DNA from: a virus
Taxonomy: Duplodnaviria > Caudoviricetes
Reading direction: 5' to 3' (one strand)
DNA: 64,000 nt
IMG/VR virus record: IMGVR_UViG_2974736276_000001
Span: 96,001 to 160,000 of that record
Positions 29,194 to 39,502 of the stretch are shown here, in pieces. Position numbers and translations under genes: made by a program. Within the stretch, counting starts at the first letter, position 1, and every line of letters begins with the position of its first letter. The notes under the pieces are model-generated. The model ran no database searches and was not told the origin of the DNA. It saw only the letters and a list, made by a program, of their open reading frames with translations.

Positions 29194-30998
29194 AAGATGC
29201 AAAAAGCTTTCGTAGAAATACAAGAAAGATAATAGAAGACTCTAAGGCGGAGCGTAATCAGCGCTCTGCTGATGAACAACAGAATGCTTCTCTTAATAAT
29301 ATTCATGAACGTCTTGGTGATGTACAAACTGCGACTGAAATGAATGGAGAGTCAGCGCGTTCTAAATCTAATGAAATCCTCGAAGGATTAGCTCATTTAG
29401 GTCGTGTATCTCAAGACACTGGTGCAGCTGCTGAATTAACTGCAGAAGGAGTAGAGGCTTCTAATACAGAACTTCGTAAATTAAATGACACTGCTCTTCA
29501 GATAAGTGAAAAGCTTGCTCAATTATCTACGTTGCTCGAGAATAAAGTAAATGTTCAATCAACTGGACAAGGTCAAACTAGCACTGCAGCAGCTAATTCG
29601 AGTAGCACTTCTTTAGCTGTTATTTCTGAAGCGATTCCTGATATTGAGCAATCAAATGAAGACCTTCGTGCTACTATCGAACGGCTGCTTCCAGATGCAT
29701 CTCAGGGTGAACCTGATGCTGACTTTTTGCCAGAAGATAGACAACCACCTGCTCCACCTCCAGTGCCTGACGCTCCTCCTGCGCCGGCTGTGACTGATCC
29801 AGAGGATGATAAAGGCAAGAATAAATCAGGTCAGTCAATTAGTGATAAACTCGATGAGCTGATCAAAACTACTAAAGGTGGATTTAAATCATCTGTAGGT
29901 TTTGCTGATAAAATTTCTAACATGCTTTTCAAGTACACTGTGACTGCTGCAGCAGCTGCTGCTAAAACTGCTGCAATGATACTGTCTATTATTCTTGCTA
30001 TAGATGTTATTCGAATTCACTTCGATTATTGGTCTAAGCTATTTGAAACAAGTTTCACCGATTTCAATGCTAAAGCTAAAGAATGGGCACCTCTACTTGA
30101 ATCTATTATTACATCAGTGAATGAAGTAAGAGAAGCTTGGGAAAAAGGTGACTTCGGTGGATTAGCACTAGCAATTGTTAAAGGTATCGGAAGCGTTATT
30201 AAAGAACTTGGTGAACTGATTGTTCTTGGATTATCTAAAGCTATTGCTGGATTATTCAGATCAATGGGAATGGAAGATAAAGCATTAGATGTAGAAGGTG
30301 ATGCTCTTCAAACTTATCAAGAACACACTGGTGCTAAACTATCAGAAGAGAATGCTAATACACTTGCAAAATATCAGGCTAAGCAATATGATAAGAAGCA
30401 AGAACTAGCTGACAGCACATTAGGTAATTCAGCTGCTGCTAAATTAGTACTTCTTGGACAGAATGGAAATCGTGGTGATTACGATAAGATTCAAGCTGGA
30501 CAAGTCACTCCAGTTTCAGGATTAAATGAAACCGATAAGATATCTGCTATTAAAGCGAGTAACGAAGCTTCTGCTGCAATGACTCGTTTCAATAAATATG
30601 TCGAAGATGCTGATCCTTCTAAGGCCAGCTCTAAGAGTAATATTGAAAAAGCATATAACGAAATCAAAAATGACTTGAACGATCCTGCTCTGAATAAAGC
30701 ACCTGATCTTAAAGCCATGTTAGAGAAGAAATTATCTGATATTGACGCTAAGTACAATACATTTAAATCTTCTGGTGCTCAAGTTAAACCTGATGATATT
30801 TCTGAAAATCCTGATACTAAATCAGTTCAACGTATTGCTCAGAATGCCAATGCAAATACAGGCGGAAGTCAAGCTCAGACTGGTAATAACATTCAAGTTA
30901 ATAATGTCAATAAAACCAGTAGAACTCAGATTAATACACCTCCGCAGAGTTCAAGTCCAGCTCCTGGCATGTCTAATCATGCCTTTAGCGTTAATTAA
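29190..30998 (+). CDS. 29: Baseplate hub / tail length (tape measure) protein gp29
   Basis: 602 aa; ADKISNMLFKYT; C-terminal PAPGM; synteny. Confidence 0.9.
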   Translation: MKDAKSFRRNTRKIIEDSKAERNQRSADEQQNASLNNIHERLGDVQTATEMNGESARSKSNEILEGLAHLGRVSQDTGAAAELTAEGVEASNTELRKLNDTALQISEKLAQLSTLLENKVNVQSTGQGQTSTAAANSSSTSLAVISEAIPDIEQSNEDLRATIERLLPDASQGEPDADFLPEDRQPPAPPPVPDAPPAPAVTDPEDDKGKNKSGQSISDKLDELIKTTKGGFKSSVGFADKISNMLFKYTVTAAAAAAKTAAMILSIILAIDVIRIHFDYWSKLFETSFTDFNAKAKEWAPLLESIITSVNEVREAWEKGDFGGLALAIVKGIGSVIKELGELIVLGLSKAIAGLFRSMGMEDKALDVEGDALQTYQEHTGAKLSEENANTLAKYQAKQYDKKQELADSTLGNSAAAKLVLLGQNGNRGDYDKIQAGQVTPVSGLNETDKISAIKASNEASAAMTRFNKYVEDADPSKASSKSNIEKAYNEIKNDLNDPALNKAPDLKAMLEKKLSDIDAKYNTFKSSGAQVKPDDISENPDTKSVQRIAQNANANTGGSQAQTGNNIQVNNVNKTSRTQINTPPQSSSPAPGMSNHAFSVN

Positions 30999-31006
30999 GG
31001 AAATAT

Positions 31007-32131
31007 ATGGCTATCGTCACAGAATTAGTTACTGACGCAGCAAAGTCTATTGCACAGCAGGGATCTAAGATCTCTGCTGGTTCTTCTAGCACAAAGACAG
31101 TAAATAAAACTATAGTTGCTCAGTACCCAGCTGAACGCGCGGCAGCAAATGATGGATCGTCTGACCTTCGAGTTAACGATCTCTATAAGAATGGATTGTT
31201 ATTCACTGCATATGATTTTAAATCTAGAACTACAACTGCGTTGAGAAAAGATAGGTCTAGCCAAAATAGTGTTAGTGGAACGACTATTTTGAATGGTGTT
31301 AAGACTGCTGTAACGAGCACAACAAAGGCTTTGGCATCATTATCTACTACATCAAAGACAGGATTAACTGCAAACACTGATAGTACTGTAGATAAAACAC
31401 CTTTGGTTAATATTTTATTACCTCGTTCTAAATCTGATGTTGATACTGCATCTCATAGATTTAATGATGTCGGAGAATCTCTTATTGCTCGTGGTGGCGG
31501 TAATGTTGGTGGTGTATTGAGTAATATTGCATCTACTGCAGTATTTGGTGCTATTGATTCTCTTACTCAAGGTATTATGGCTGATCATTCTGAACAGATC
31601 TATAATACTGCGCGAAGCATGTACGCGGGTGCAGATAACAGAACGAAAGTATTCACTTGGGATTTAACTCCTCGAAATGGATATGACCTAAATCAGATCA
31701 TCAAAATCTATGAGCTGTTCAATTATTATTCTTATGGCGAAACGGGTAATTCTACCTTCGCTAAAGAAATGAAAGCTCAATTAGACCAAATGTATAAAGA
31801 TACGTTCATTAATAACCTTACACCTGAAGGTTCAGATCGTACTAATACTATATTTGAGAACGTTACTAGCTTCTTGAGTAATGTAATTGTCGTCGGTAAC
31901 CCGACTATTTGGTATGTCAGAAACTTTGGTACTACATCAAGTTATGACGGAAGAACAGACGTGTTTGGTCCATGTCAAATACAATCTGTGCGCTTCGATA
32001 AATCACCAAATGGACAATTCAATGGACTAGCGATTGCACCAAACCTTCCTAGCACATTTACTTTAGAAGTTACTTTCCGTGAAATTCTTACGCTGGATCG
32101 TGGTTCATTATATGCGAGTGGTATTAGTTAA
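31007..32131 (+). CDS. 48: Baseplate tail-tube cap gp48
   Basis: AQYPAER, LYKNGLLFTAY, FGPCQIQSVRFDK. Confidence 0.93.
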   Translation: MAIVTELVTDAAKSIAQQGSKISAGSSSTKTVNKTIVAQYPAERAAANDGSSDLRVNDLYKNGLLFTAYDFKSRTTTALRKDRSSQNSVSGTTILNGVKTAVTSTTKALASLSTTSKTGLTANTDSTVDKTPLVNILLPRSKSDVDTASHRFNDVGESLIARGGGNVGGVLSNIASTAVFGAIDSLTQGIMADHSEQIYNTARSMYAGADNRTKVFTWDLTPRNGYDLNQIIKIYELFNYYSYGETGNSTFAKEMKAQLDQMYKDTFINNLTPEGSDRTNTIFENVTSFLSNVIVVGNPTIWYVRNFGTTSSYDGRTDVFGPCQIQSVRFDKSPNGQFNGLAIAPNLPSTFTLEVTFREILTLDRGSLYASGIS

Positions 32132-33078
32132 TGTACACATTAGATGAATTTAAAGCGCAAGCCGGTAACATAGATTTTCAGCGTACGAACTTGTTCAGCG
32201 TTGTATTTGCTACGACTCCTTCATCTAAATCTCAGCAGCTGTTAGACCAATTCGGAGGTTATTTGTATAATAACCTTCCGGTTAATACAGACTTTCTGGG
32301 AATTAAAAGAGGAGAAGTAACTCAAGGGCTAACATCTCTCATCACTGCAGGCACTCAGAAGTTAGTTCGTAAGTCTGGTGTAAGTAAATACCTTATCGGA
32401 GCAATGTCCTCTAGGGTTGTCCAGAGCCTTCTAGGTGAATTCACTGTAGGTACATATCTACTTGATTTCTTCAACATGGCTTTCCCGACATCAGGATTAA
32501 TGGTCTATTCTGCTAAAATTCCAGAGAATAGATTGGCCTATGAAATGGATAGAAACCATAATGCTCCGAACATTAAAATAACTGGTCGCGAACATGAGCC
32601 TTTAACTATTTCATTCCGAATGGACCCTGAAGCATGTAACTACCGTGCAATGCAAGACTGGGTTAATAGTGTTGAAGATCCGGTGACTGGATTAAGAGCT
32701 CTACCTGAAGATGTTGAAGCTGATATTCAAGTTAACTTACATGCACGTAATGGATTACCTCATACAGTAGTGATGTTCACTGGATGTATTCCTATTGGAT
32801 GTGGTGCACCTGAATTAAGCTATGAAGGTGGTAATACTATTGCTACATTTGATGTTACATTTGCTTATAGAGTTATGCAAGCGGGTGCAGTGGGTAAACA
32901 GGCTGCGTTAGATTGGCTCGAAGATAAAGCAGTGAATTTGATAGGAAAAATTAACTCTGATATGAGTTTAAGTTCGAGTTTGCCAGCTCTATCTCGTTTA
33001 GGTGGATCAGCAGGCGGGCTTTCGAAAGGGATTAGCTCTGCAGCTAGTTCTGTGAAAGGATTAGTTTCATCATTGTAA
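32131..33078 (+). CDS. 54: Baseplate tail-tube initiator gp54
   Basis: NIDFQRTNLFSVVFAT, VNLHARNGLPH, FDVTFAYRVM. Confidence 0.93.
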   Translation: MYTLDEFKAQAGNIDFQRTNLFSVVFATTPSSKSQQLLDQFGGYLYNNLPVNTDFLGIKRGEVTQGLTSLITAGTQKLVRKSGVSKYLIGAMSSRVVQSLLGEFTVGTYLLDFFNMAFPTSGLMVYSAKIPENRLAYEMDRNHNAPNIKITGREHEPLTISFRMDPEACNYRAMQDWVNSVEDPVTGLRALPEDVEADIQVNLHARNGLPHTVVMFTGCIPIGCGAPELSYEGGNTIATFDVTFAYRVMQAGAVGKQAALDWLEDKAVNLIGKINSDMSLSSSLPALSRLGGSAGGLSKGISSAASSVKGLVSSL

Positions 33079-33105
33079 AAAAGGGGAACCATTTGGTTCC
33101 CCTTT
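33077..33105. terminator. Bidirectional terminator between convergent genes
   Basis: AAAAAAGGGGAACC-ATTT-GGTTCCCCTTT. Confidence 0.8.
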
Positions 33106-33110
33106 GTTCA

Positions 33111-33494
33111 TTATACAAGTGACAATTCGATCTGTTGCTCTTCGACTTCAATTCGACCTAAGAATGCAGGAATACTATGAAGCACCTGAGCATTTACAGT
33201 CAGAGTGCCTTGATTTTCTGGCAAACTGATGTCTGGATTAGGAAGTTTAAACCAAACGACTTGGACAGGAATTAATCCAACTACATTTTCAGCGTTACTC
33301 AACATATCTTCAATGTTGAATTTCACTTCACCAAATGGTTCTACTGCCATGATAGTGCGTTCAGAATTTCCAACGCGGATATATGAATCCATCAAATCGT
33401 CAATCTCGCGATCGAACTCTACTGAGCCGATAGGAAAGTTTGAACGAATCTCTGCACCCAAAGCACGAAAAACTGATACGATACGTTTTGACAT
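33111..33494 (-). CDS. Alt.-3-like hypothetical protein
   Basis: Position next to alt; weak recalled similarity (FRALG.E start, AFL near end); GAGG SD. Confidence 0.6.
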   Translation of the reverse strand: MSKRIVSVFRALGAEIRSNFPIGSVEFDREIDDLMDSYIRVGNSERTIMAVEPFGEVKFNIEDMLSNAENVVGLIPVQVVWFKLPNPDISLPENQGTLTVNAQVLHSIPAFLGRIEVEEQQIELSLV

Positions 33495-33524
33495 TATGTA
33501 ATCCTCATGTTGTTGATAGGGGCT

Positions 33525-33554
33525 ACTATACCATAGCCCTCATGAGAAGTAAAC
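33525..33554 (-). promoter_or_regulatory. Early promoter with flanking inverted repeat
   Basis: GTTTAC-N18-TATAGT. Confidence 0.8.
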
Positions 33555-33556
33555 AG

Positions 33557-35701
33557 TTAGTTGATAAATTTATCGGAGAAATTATCAAAGGTGATCAAGT
33601 CGAGCAGTACATCCATCTCAGGAGATGAATCAGTGATTGATTTTGAACGAGTTTCTGGATCAACTGGTTCTGGGAAGAAATCGTCTTCTTCAGCAGTTTC
33701 TTTGAGGAATCTAGAGAAGTCCAAACGCTTAACAGTTCCTTCAGTGATAAGAGCATCACCATCGTAAACTTCAGTTCCTTCATTAATTTGATCTAAAGGA
33801 ATGACTGTTGATTCTATTAATGCTGATCTTGATCCGCCATTGGGTTCATTTACAGATTTAGTCCAAGCTTTGTTCAATCTAACTGCTGTACCGCGAGGAA
33901 GAATAATTTCACATTCATCGGTGTACTTGGTCAGTTTTCCTGGGAAGATAACTTTTATTTTATCTGCACCAGAAATACACATTCCTACTTTTATATTGAA
34001 AGGACCTGAATATTTGCTCACTAACTCTTCTGAATCTGGATCAATAGAATCTAAATCACTTTCTGTGCCAATATCTTTATTCAAAACATCTACAGTATTA
34101 CCATACATTCCAACGAATGCAGGAACAAGAGAAGTCGAAACAAAGTTAGTGAAGTAGAAAATTTTATTATCGATGGCCTTCTGAAAATCAGAGGATTTAA
34201 TAGCCATTCCGCGATAAAGAGGAGTTCCTTTTGGTAGGGTAATTCCACTTTCAAATGCTTTATCTAGAGCAGGAATGTATTTGTCTCTTACTACTGCAGC
34301 GCCAGCATCTTCACCAATCAGATAAGAGTTAATTTCACTGTAACCCGCAGAACAATAAATGTTAATAGCTTTAGCTTCAATACTATCTTCAGGAACAGGA
34401 GAATATGATTCACTGATAAGTTTGTATTGAGTAGAAACACTTCTATAAACATCATCATTGAACTGAGTTACAATCCATTTAACGAATTGTTCACGCTGAT
34501 AAGGCATTAACTCATAACCTTCGTATGTATCTACAATAAGTCCAGCCAATTTTTTAAAGATGTCTAAATGGTTCTTTCCATTAAAATCAGAAATAATATT
34601 GAAGTATTGTCTTTGCGCATTACTAACCATTTGATCAATTTCTGTTTCAGTACGAGGAGTTTTTAGTGCTGCACTCTTATTAAAATCAGAAGTTAAACGA
34701 CGAAGATTAGCTCTGAAGTCTTTAAATTGTGGAGAAGCATTTAATTTATCTTCTTCATCACCATCGTAGAACATTTCAATATCTGTTAAACCATCTTCTA
34801 CCGAGTCTTTAGTTCCAACTACAGATGCACGTGCAATTTGATAAATTTCACGATTCTCTTCACCAGATGCCTGATGTACTGGAGGAGCAGTATTCAGTTT
34901 ATCACGCGTATCAATAGCTTCTCTTGACCAAGTGTCAATTTTATTTCCTGCTACTTCTACTGGAATAGAATATTGGGCCATAATAGCATCACGACGAGAA
35001 ATTTTTGTACGTGCAGCAATAGCTCTATCAGTAGTACGATTATCTTCTACTGCAGCAATAGACGCGGCAAACGCTTCATCTTTAGTTACTGGTCGACCGG
35101 ATTTCTTTTCTACGTAAGTAGTACCGACTTTAGTTTCTACTGCTGTGAATAGCTCAGTACTGACCACAGGAATTCCTGGAATGTCCTCTAGTTTAACGTT
35201 CTTACGACGAATAAGTACATATGCATACTTGCTTGAATAGTCCCAGAGTTCCTTGAGTACAACATATTTGCCGCCGCCACGAGACATTGCAAGACGAGCA
35301 ATAAGTCTTTGAACCGCTGGGCCTTGGCCTTTCATTTTCTTGATTGGAAGACGGAATAGAACAGCATCAAAGCGATAGCGTTTTGCAGAATCAACGATAG
35401 TATCAAAGATAGTCGTTACTGCACCGATAGGATCTGAACCAAGTCCACCACGCAATTCACCAGTGTTGCCTTTATCAGACAATGACATGATGAATAGCTG
35501 AACGAATTTATCGCCCATCTTAACATTCTTTACTGCATCACCATCAGACTGAAATGATACCATACGAGCCATTAACGAGTCGTTACCAGGAACATCAAAT
35601 TTCCAGATCTGTGGAACCTTCAGCTGAGGCTTTAAATTAATTACGGGATAAGTTGACGTGTTTTCATCAAACACTTCGTCTAGTTGAATTTCTTCTGACA
35701 T
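33557..35701 (-). CDS. alt: RNA polymerase ADP-ribosyltransferase Alt
   Basis: LYRG, FVSTSL, ECEIILPRG R-S-E ART motifs; LKVPQIW near N-terminus; 714 aa. Confidence 0.92.
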   Translation of the reverse strand: MSEEIQLDEVFDENTSTYPVINLKPQLKVPQIWKFDVPGNDSLMARMVSFQSDGDAVKNVKMGDKFVQLFIMSLSDKGNTGELRGGLGSDPIGAVTTIFDTIVDSAKRYRFDAVLFRLPIKKMKGQGPAVQRLIARLAMSRGGGKYVVLKELWDYSSKYAYVLIRRKNVKLEDIPGIPVVSTELFTAVETKVGTTYVEKKSGRPVTKDEAFAASIAAVEDNRTTDRAIAARTKISRRDAIMAQYSIPVEVAGNKIDTWSREAIDTRDKLNTAPPVHQASGEENREIYQIARASVVGTKDSVEDGLTDIEMFYDGDEEDKLNASPQFKDFRANLRRLTSDFNKSAALKTPRTETEIDQMVSNAQRQYFNIISDFNGKNHLDIFKKLAGLIVDTYEGYELMPYQREQFVKWIVTQFNDDVYRSVSTQYKLISESYSPVPEDSIEAKAINIYCSAGYSEINSYLIGEDAGAAVVRDKYIPALDKAFESGITLPKGTPLYRGMAIKSSDFQKAIDNKIFYFTNFVSTSLVPAFVGMYGNTVDVLNKDIGTESDLDSIDPDSEELVSKYSGPFNIKVGMCISGADKIKVIFPGKLTKYTDECEIILPRGTAVRLNKAWTKSVNEPNGGSRSALIESTVIPLDQINEGTEVYDGDALITEGTVKRLDFSRFLKETAEEDDFFPEPVDPETRSKSITDSSPEMDVLLDLITFDNFSDKFIN

Positions 35702-35733
35702 TATTTAGTCCTTATAGTGCTGCTAATATCAGG

Positions 35734-35741
35734 TATTTATA
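35734..35741 (-). promoter_or_regulatory. Late promoter for alt
   Basis: Exact TATAAATA on minus strand. Confidence 0.8.
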
Positions 35742-35745
35742 TGAC

Positions 35746-35765
35746 AAAGGGGCCGAAGCCCCTTT
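35746..35765 (-). terminator. Terminator upstream of alt promoter
   Basis: AAAGGGGC-TTCG-GCCCCTTT. Confidence 0.75.
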
Positions 35766-35767
35766 CA

Positions 35768-35959
35768 TTAGTAAAGCTTAGTCGCTGTGCGATAAACTTT
35801 GGCGAAATCTGATAACTTCTGATGAGCATCATATGTCAAAATGAATTTATCTGCATCAGATTGATACACGAATGGAAGAATAACGTGTGTTACTGCGGTG
35901 TTTTTCTCACCGCCTTCTTTATTCGTTATTACGATAGTTTCTAGAGCCACGTTGAACAT
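35768..35959 (-). CDS. Small hypothetical protein (position of alt.1)
   Basis: 63-aa ORF coupled to ligase stop (TAATG). Confidence 0.65.
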   Translation of the reverse strand: MFNVALETIVITNKEGGEKNTAVTHVILPFVYQSDADKFILTYDAHQKLSDFAKVYRTATKLY

Positions 35960-37458
35960 TATTTAATTCCTGTTGCTTGAGTAAAGTCAACACCGAAGAT
36001 TTCTTCGAATGTGTTGGCATCAGTTTTATCACGACGAATCTTCTTAATGATCGGTAAGAACAAGCTTACATAAGCTTCTTTACGGCCTTCAGAAGTCAAC
36101 CAGTTATTACATTCACCTTCAAAAATAACACCAATCAGTTCATCACGAATTGACCACAGATATTCGCGATCGAGTTCATCACGTTCATCGAAAGGAATAC
36201 GAATCCATTCATCTTTATCATTTTTAACATGAGTAGTATCTTTAAAGCCTGAACCAGCTTTTACTCGAATACGACCACATTTAGAACGAAGATAAACACC
36301 ACCAAGTTTGTTCGGATCTTTTTTATGGACATAGGTATCAACACATTCGAGATCAAATGAAATTACTTCTTTGAACTTCACCTGATTTTTAGAACGTTTA
36401 TCTTCCCAAATACCGTTGATGTTTTTGAGGATGATACCTTCTAGACCCATTTCGATATATTTGGCGTATATAACACGAGCTTCGTTAATGTCTTTAACCA
36501 AGAAGTTTTCGATCAAGATAACTCGACTCAACCCCTGGACTGCATTACGCAATTCATCAAAACGAACTTGATAATGAGCAGACTTATAACCTTGATAAGC
36601 TGTCAATGGAACAAAATCCCAGACCTGGAATTTAACACCTTGAGATTCAGTAGATGAAATAGTTCCTTTTAGAGACTTATTCATGATACCGTTCGATGCA
36701 GTACGTGAAGCATTATCTGCCATCACTTCAGCAACATCTTCTGATTCTTCAGCACCGAATAAATGATCAAGTGAAGGTTCAATTTGTTCTTCTACTGGGA
36801 ACCAGACCAATTCGCCATCAACCAAAATACCATCAGGGTGAATAGCACGAGCAGTTTCAGTAGCTTTAATCAATTCAAGTTTTAGAAGATCTAGACCTTG
36901 ATATTCATTACCTGAACGTGTTAATAGCTTAACATCATTAACAGTATCACCTTTAATTTCAGCAAAGCATCGAGCACCATCAGCTTTTAATTGAGCATAA
37001 GCCGGGAACTGAATATGAGATACGTTCTTTTCTGAATAAGGATTAGCCAACATCTGAGGCTGTGCTGGAATTAAGTTCTTCCAGACTTTATTTGCGATAG
37101 TCGAACCAGCACCGATACGCAAATCACGATCAATAACACGACGAATAACTTCAACATCAGCAGGCTTCATGTCTGCAATAAAATCAGCCAGAGTTTTGAT
37201 TGCTTCATTACCAGTAACTTTACGTGTTGCTAATGTGTTCTCGAGTAAATCAAGACCATCTTCAAGTGTCAACATACCAAAACTTTGAGACACTTCACCG
37301 GCTTGAGGGAATTTTTTAATTCCGAACATTATGCGCTTGGAATAAGCTAGTTTAAAGACTCGTTTAAGTACTTCATTATCTTTATTATCTTGGATAATTT
37401 GCTGCTTAATTTTAGAAGAACCTGTCGCTGCTACTTTGTTTAAAATATCAAGAATCAT
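35959..37458 (-). CDS. 30: ATP-dependent DNA ligase gp30
   Basis: QLKADGAR motif I, DGELV, EGIILKN, SLFLP; GAGGTG SD. Confidence 0.96.
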   Translation of the reverse strand: MILDILNKVAATGSSKIKQQIIQDNKDNEVLKRVFKLAYSKRIMFGIKKFPQAGEVSQSFGMLTLEDGLDLLENTLATRKVTGNEAIKTLADFIADMKPADVEVIRRVIDRDLRIGAGSTIANKVWKNLIPAQPQMLANPYSEKNVSHIQFPAYAQLKADGARCFAEIKGDTVNDVKLLTRSGNEYQGLDLLKLELIKATETARAIHPDGILVDGELVWFPVEEQIEPSLDHLFGAEESEDVAEVMADNASRTASNGIMNKSLKGTISSTESQGVKFQVWDFVPLTAYQGYKSAHYQVRFDELRNAVQGLSRVILIENFLVKDINEARVIYAKYIEMGLEGIILKNINGIWEDKRSKNQVKFKEVISFDLECVDTYVHKKDPNKLGGVYLRSKCGRIRVKAGSGFKDTTHVKNDKDEWIRIPFDERDELDREYLWSIRDELIGVIFEGECNNWLTSEGRKEAYVSLFLPIIKKIRRDKTDANTFEEIFGVDFTQATGIK

Positions 37459-37485
37459 AATCACCTCTTTGTTTTCTATATCATA

Positions 37486-37776
37486 TCACAAAACACTTAC
37501 AGCGCTATCATCGATTTTAGACTTCAACTCATCGACTTCTGTCTGAAGTTCTTCGAGTGTACGATGATATAGAAGCCAAGGTTCGTCCAACGGAAATACT
37601 GGCTGAACTTGTGTCACAAAGATTTTCCCTGATGTAATAGCTTCATCAAAGATTTTTCGTTCAACCGGAGCACCGTATTGTTGTTTGAACAGACCGAGGC
37701 GATAAGCCCCTCGGTCTTCTAATTTACGAGTACGTTGGTTCCAATAAAAGACACTAAAGAACTTAGGCGCTGTCAT
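37486..37776 (-). CDS. 30.1: gp30.1-like protein
   Basis: ERKIFDEAITSGKIFV and YHRTLEEL resemble T4 30.1; start reassigned to MTAPKF. Confidence 0.65.
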   Translation of the reverse strand: MTAPKFFSVFYWNQRTRKLEDRGAYRLGLFKQQYGAPVERKIFDEAITSGKIFVTQVQPVFPLDEPWLLYHRTLEELQTEVDELKSKIDDSAVSVL

Positions 37777-37780
37777 AATA

Positions 37781-38731
37781 TTAACCTGTGATGATTGGTA
37801 AATTCGCCATTCCAAGTAATGCTGTTCCACCTGGAGAACATGTCAATCGTGGAAATTTAGCCCATTCTGGAATATCACCAGTTTTTGAAGGTGGAATACT
37901 TGGAGTTCCTACACCAGGATACACAGGATCACAAGGTGTCATTGGATATGGATAAGGCGGATCGCAGGGTGTCATTGGTTTAACCCATTCCTCAGACCAT
38001 TTCGGAATCGAAATTTCTGGAATACGATTATCTTCTTTGTAATCATCGAATTCTTTCAAAATATCTTGAAGACTTTTTGTATCTTCTTTGACAGTTTCTT
38101 TTTTAACTACCGGAAGAGACATTCCAATCGCCCACTCAAGGTCGTTCCAGTCACGAACCTTTTTGTGTGGATTAACCGGAGAATCATCGCGATGACCGCG
38201 TGGCATCCAGAAGATTGGGCAATCAAGTTCATCATATGCTGTATCAACATGACCGGGCATATCGTCAACAAATGCAACTACATCGCCTTTATATTTCTCA
38301 TTAACTTTACGTAGTAATGAGGCCTTTGATTCATTATGACCGCATACAAAAATATCGTCAAATGCATCTGGGAATAATGCTTGTAGGTTAAACTTACGAT
38401 TGAGCATTGAATCAACATCTGTTCCAAGCGCTGTTACAGCAACGAAACGATATTTACTTTTCAGTCTATTGATAACTGACAATGCATCAGAGTAAGGCGC
38501 CAAATAACGGATGAAGTCACTTGAATTATATTTCTTCATCAGCTTATTAGCCAAGTCTTCATGGCAATCAAACAGCTGAGCAGGTGGAACAAAAATATCT
38601 TCAATAATTAAATCGAGGATATGCTGCAATGGCAAATTATATTTCTGCGCAAAGTAAGGTAGACCCGATTGCCACTTTACTACTACACCATCGATATCGG
38701 TTGCGATAACCGGAAGGTCTTCACGATTCAT
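37781..38731 (-). CDS. 30.2: gp30.2, HAD-like protein with Pro-rich C-terminal extension
   Basis: TDIDGV..WQSGLPYFAQKYNLP, VTALG, FVDD. Confidence 0.9.
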   Translation of the reverse strand: MNREDLPVIATDIDGVVVKWQSGLPYFAQKYNLPLQHILDLIIEDIFVPPAQLFDCHEDLANKLMKKYNSSDFIRYLAPYSDALSVINRLKSKYRFVAVTALGTDVDSMLNRKFNLQALFPDAFDDIFVCGHNESKASLLRKVNEKYKGDVVAFVDDMPGHVDTAYDELDCPIFWMPRGHRDDSPVNPHKKVRDWNDLEWAIGMSLPVVKKETVKEDTKSLQDILKEFDDYKEDNRIPEISIPKWSEEWVKPMTPCDPPYPYPMTPCDPVYPGVGTPSIPPSKTGDIPEWAKFPRLTCSPGGTALLGMANLPIITG

Positions 38732-38911
38732 TTATACCTCAAACATTTTACGGTATTTTTCCAGGTCTATTTCTGATTCATAATTGAACATCAGAACTTG
38801 ACCTCCATTTTTCAAATGCTGGTGAGCTTTCAACATTCGAAGTTGCATTTCAATGCCCGACTTACTCGGGCTAATATCAAATAGAACCATAACATTATCT
38901 GGAGTTAGCAT
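38732..38911 (-). CDS. Hypothetical protein, 59 aa (not in ORF track)
   Basis: Hand translation MLTPDNVMVLFDISPSKSG...KMFEV; exactly fills the gap between neighbours. Confidence 0.6.
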   Translation of the reverse strand: MLTPDNVMVLFDISPSKSGIEMQLRMLKAHQHLKNGGQVLMFNYESEIDLEKYRKMFEV

Positions 38912-39306
38912 TATTTGGTTCTCTCCACACTGTTATCGCCATATACAGAATGGCCATTTGATACCAACATTCTTTCACCAAGATCGTTGATTGTCTGAAC
39001 CATAGTTTTAGTTACAAGAAGAACAGAATAAGATTTTCCTACAGTAAACATATCGCGATAATCTTTATGAACAGATGTCCATGTCAATACGGCAGGATTA
39101 ATAACTTCATCAAGCATACCAGCCAAAGACTTGAATTCATTTGCTTCAAAAATACGAGAAGCTCGGAATGAGATAATCATCTGATCTTCAAAATCATCAT
39201 AATCAATAGTCAAAATCTGAATGTTATATGAACGCATTAAATCAGTTAATTCACGAGTAACACTTGAAACATTGATAGTATCGATAATCATATTTTTCTC
39301 ACTCAA
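38911..39306 (-). CDS. Hypothetical protein
   Basis: 131-aa ORF in packed operon; start uncertain. Confidence 0.65.
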   Translation of the reverse strand: MSEKNMIIDTINVSSVTRELTDLMRSYNIQILTIDYDDFEDQMIISFRASRIFEANEFKSLAGMLDEVINPAVLTWTSVHKDYRDMFTVGKSYSVLLVTKTMVQTINDLGERMLVSNGHSVYGDNSVERTK

Positions 39307-39502
39307 GTAAAAGAATTAGTGTTGGATTATTGGGAGGAAGAATAAGCTCCAAAGAGCTCTCCGGTTCTTCACTTTTATTCCCATCTACCCATTCTACTAC
39401 ATACCACGGCTCTTGTACATACTTATTTGCAGGAGCGCATTGGATAATATGTCCAGGTAGTCGTAATCCTACCTTTGTGACGCCAGTACCAGGTTTGTAC
39501 AT
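39299..39502 (-). CDS. 30.5: gp30.5-like protein
   Basis: LPG.I...YVVEWVDGN resembles T4 30.5. Confidence 0.65.
   Translation of the reverse strand: MYKPGTGVTKVGLRLPGHIIQCAPANKYVQEPWYVVEWVDGNKSEEPESSLELILPPNNPTLILLLE

Noticed and set aside
29740-29810. Pro-rich tract in gp29 as an insertion element
   Set aside because: In-frame low-complexity linker; such tracts are ordinary in this protein
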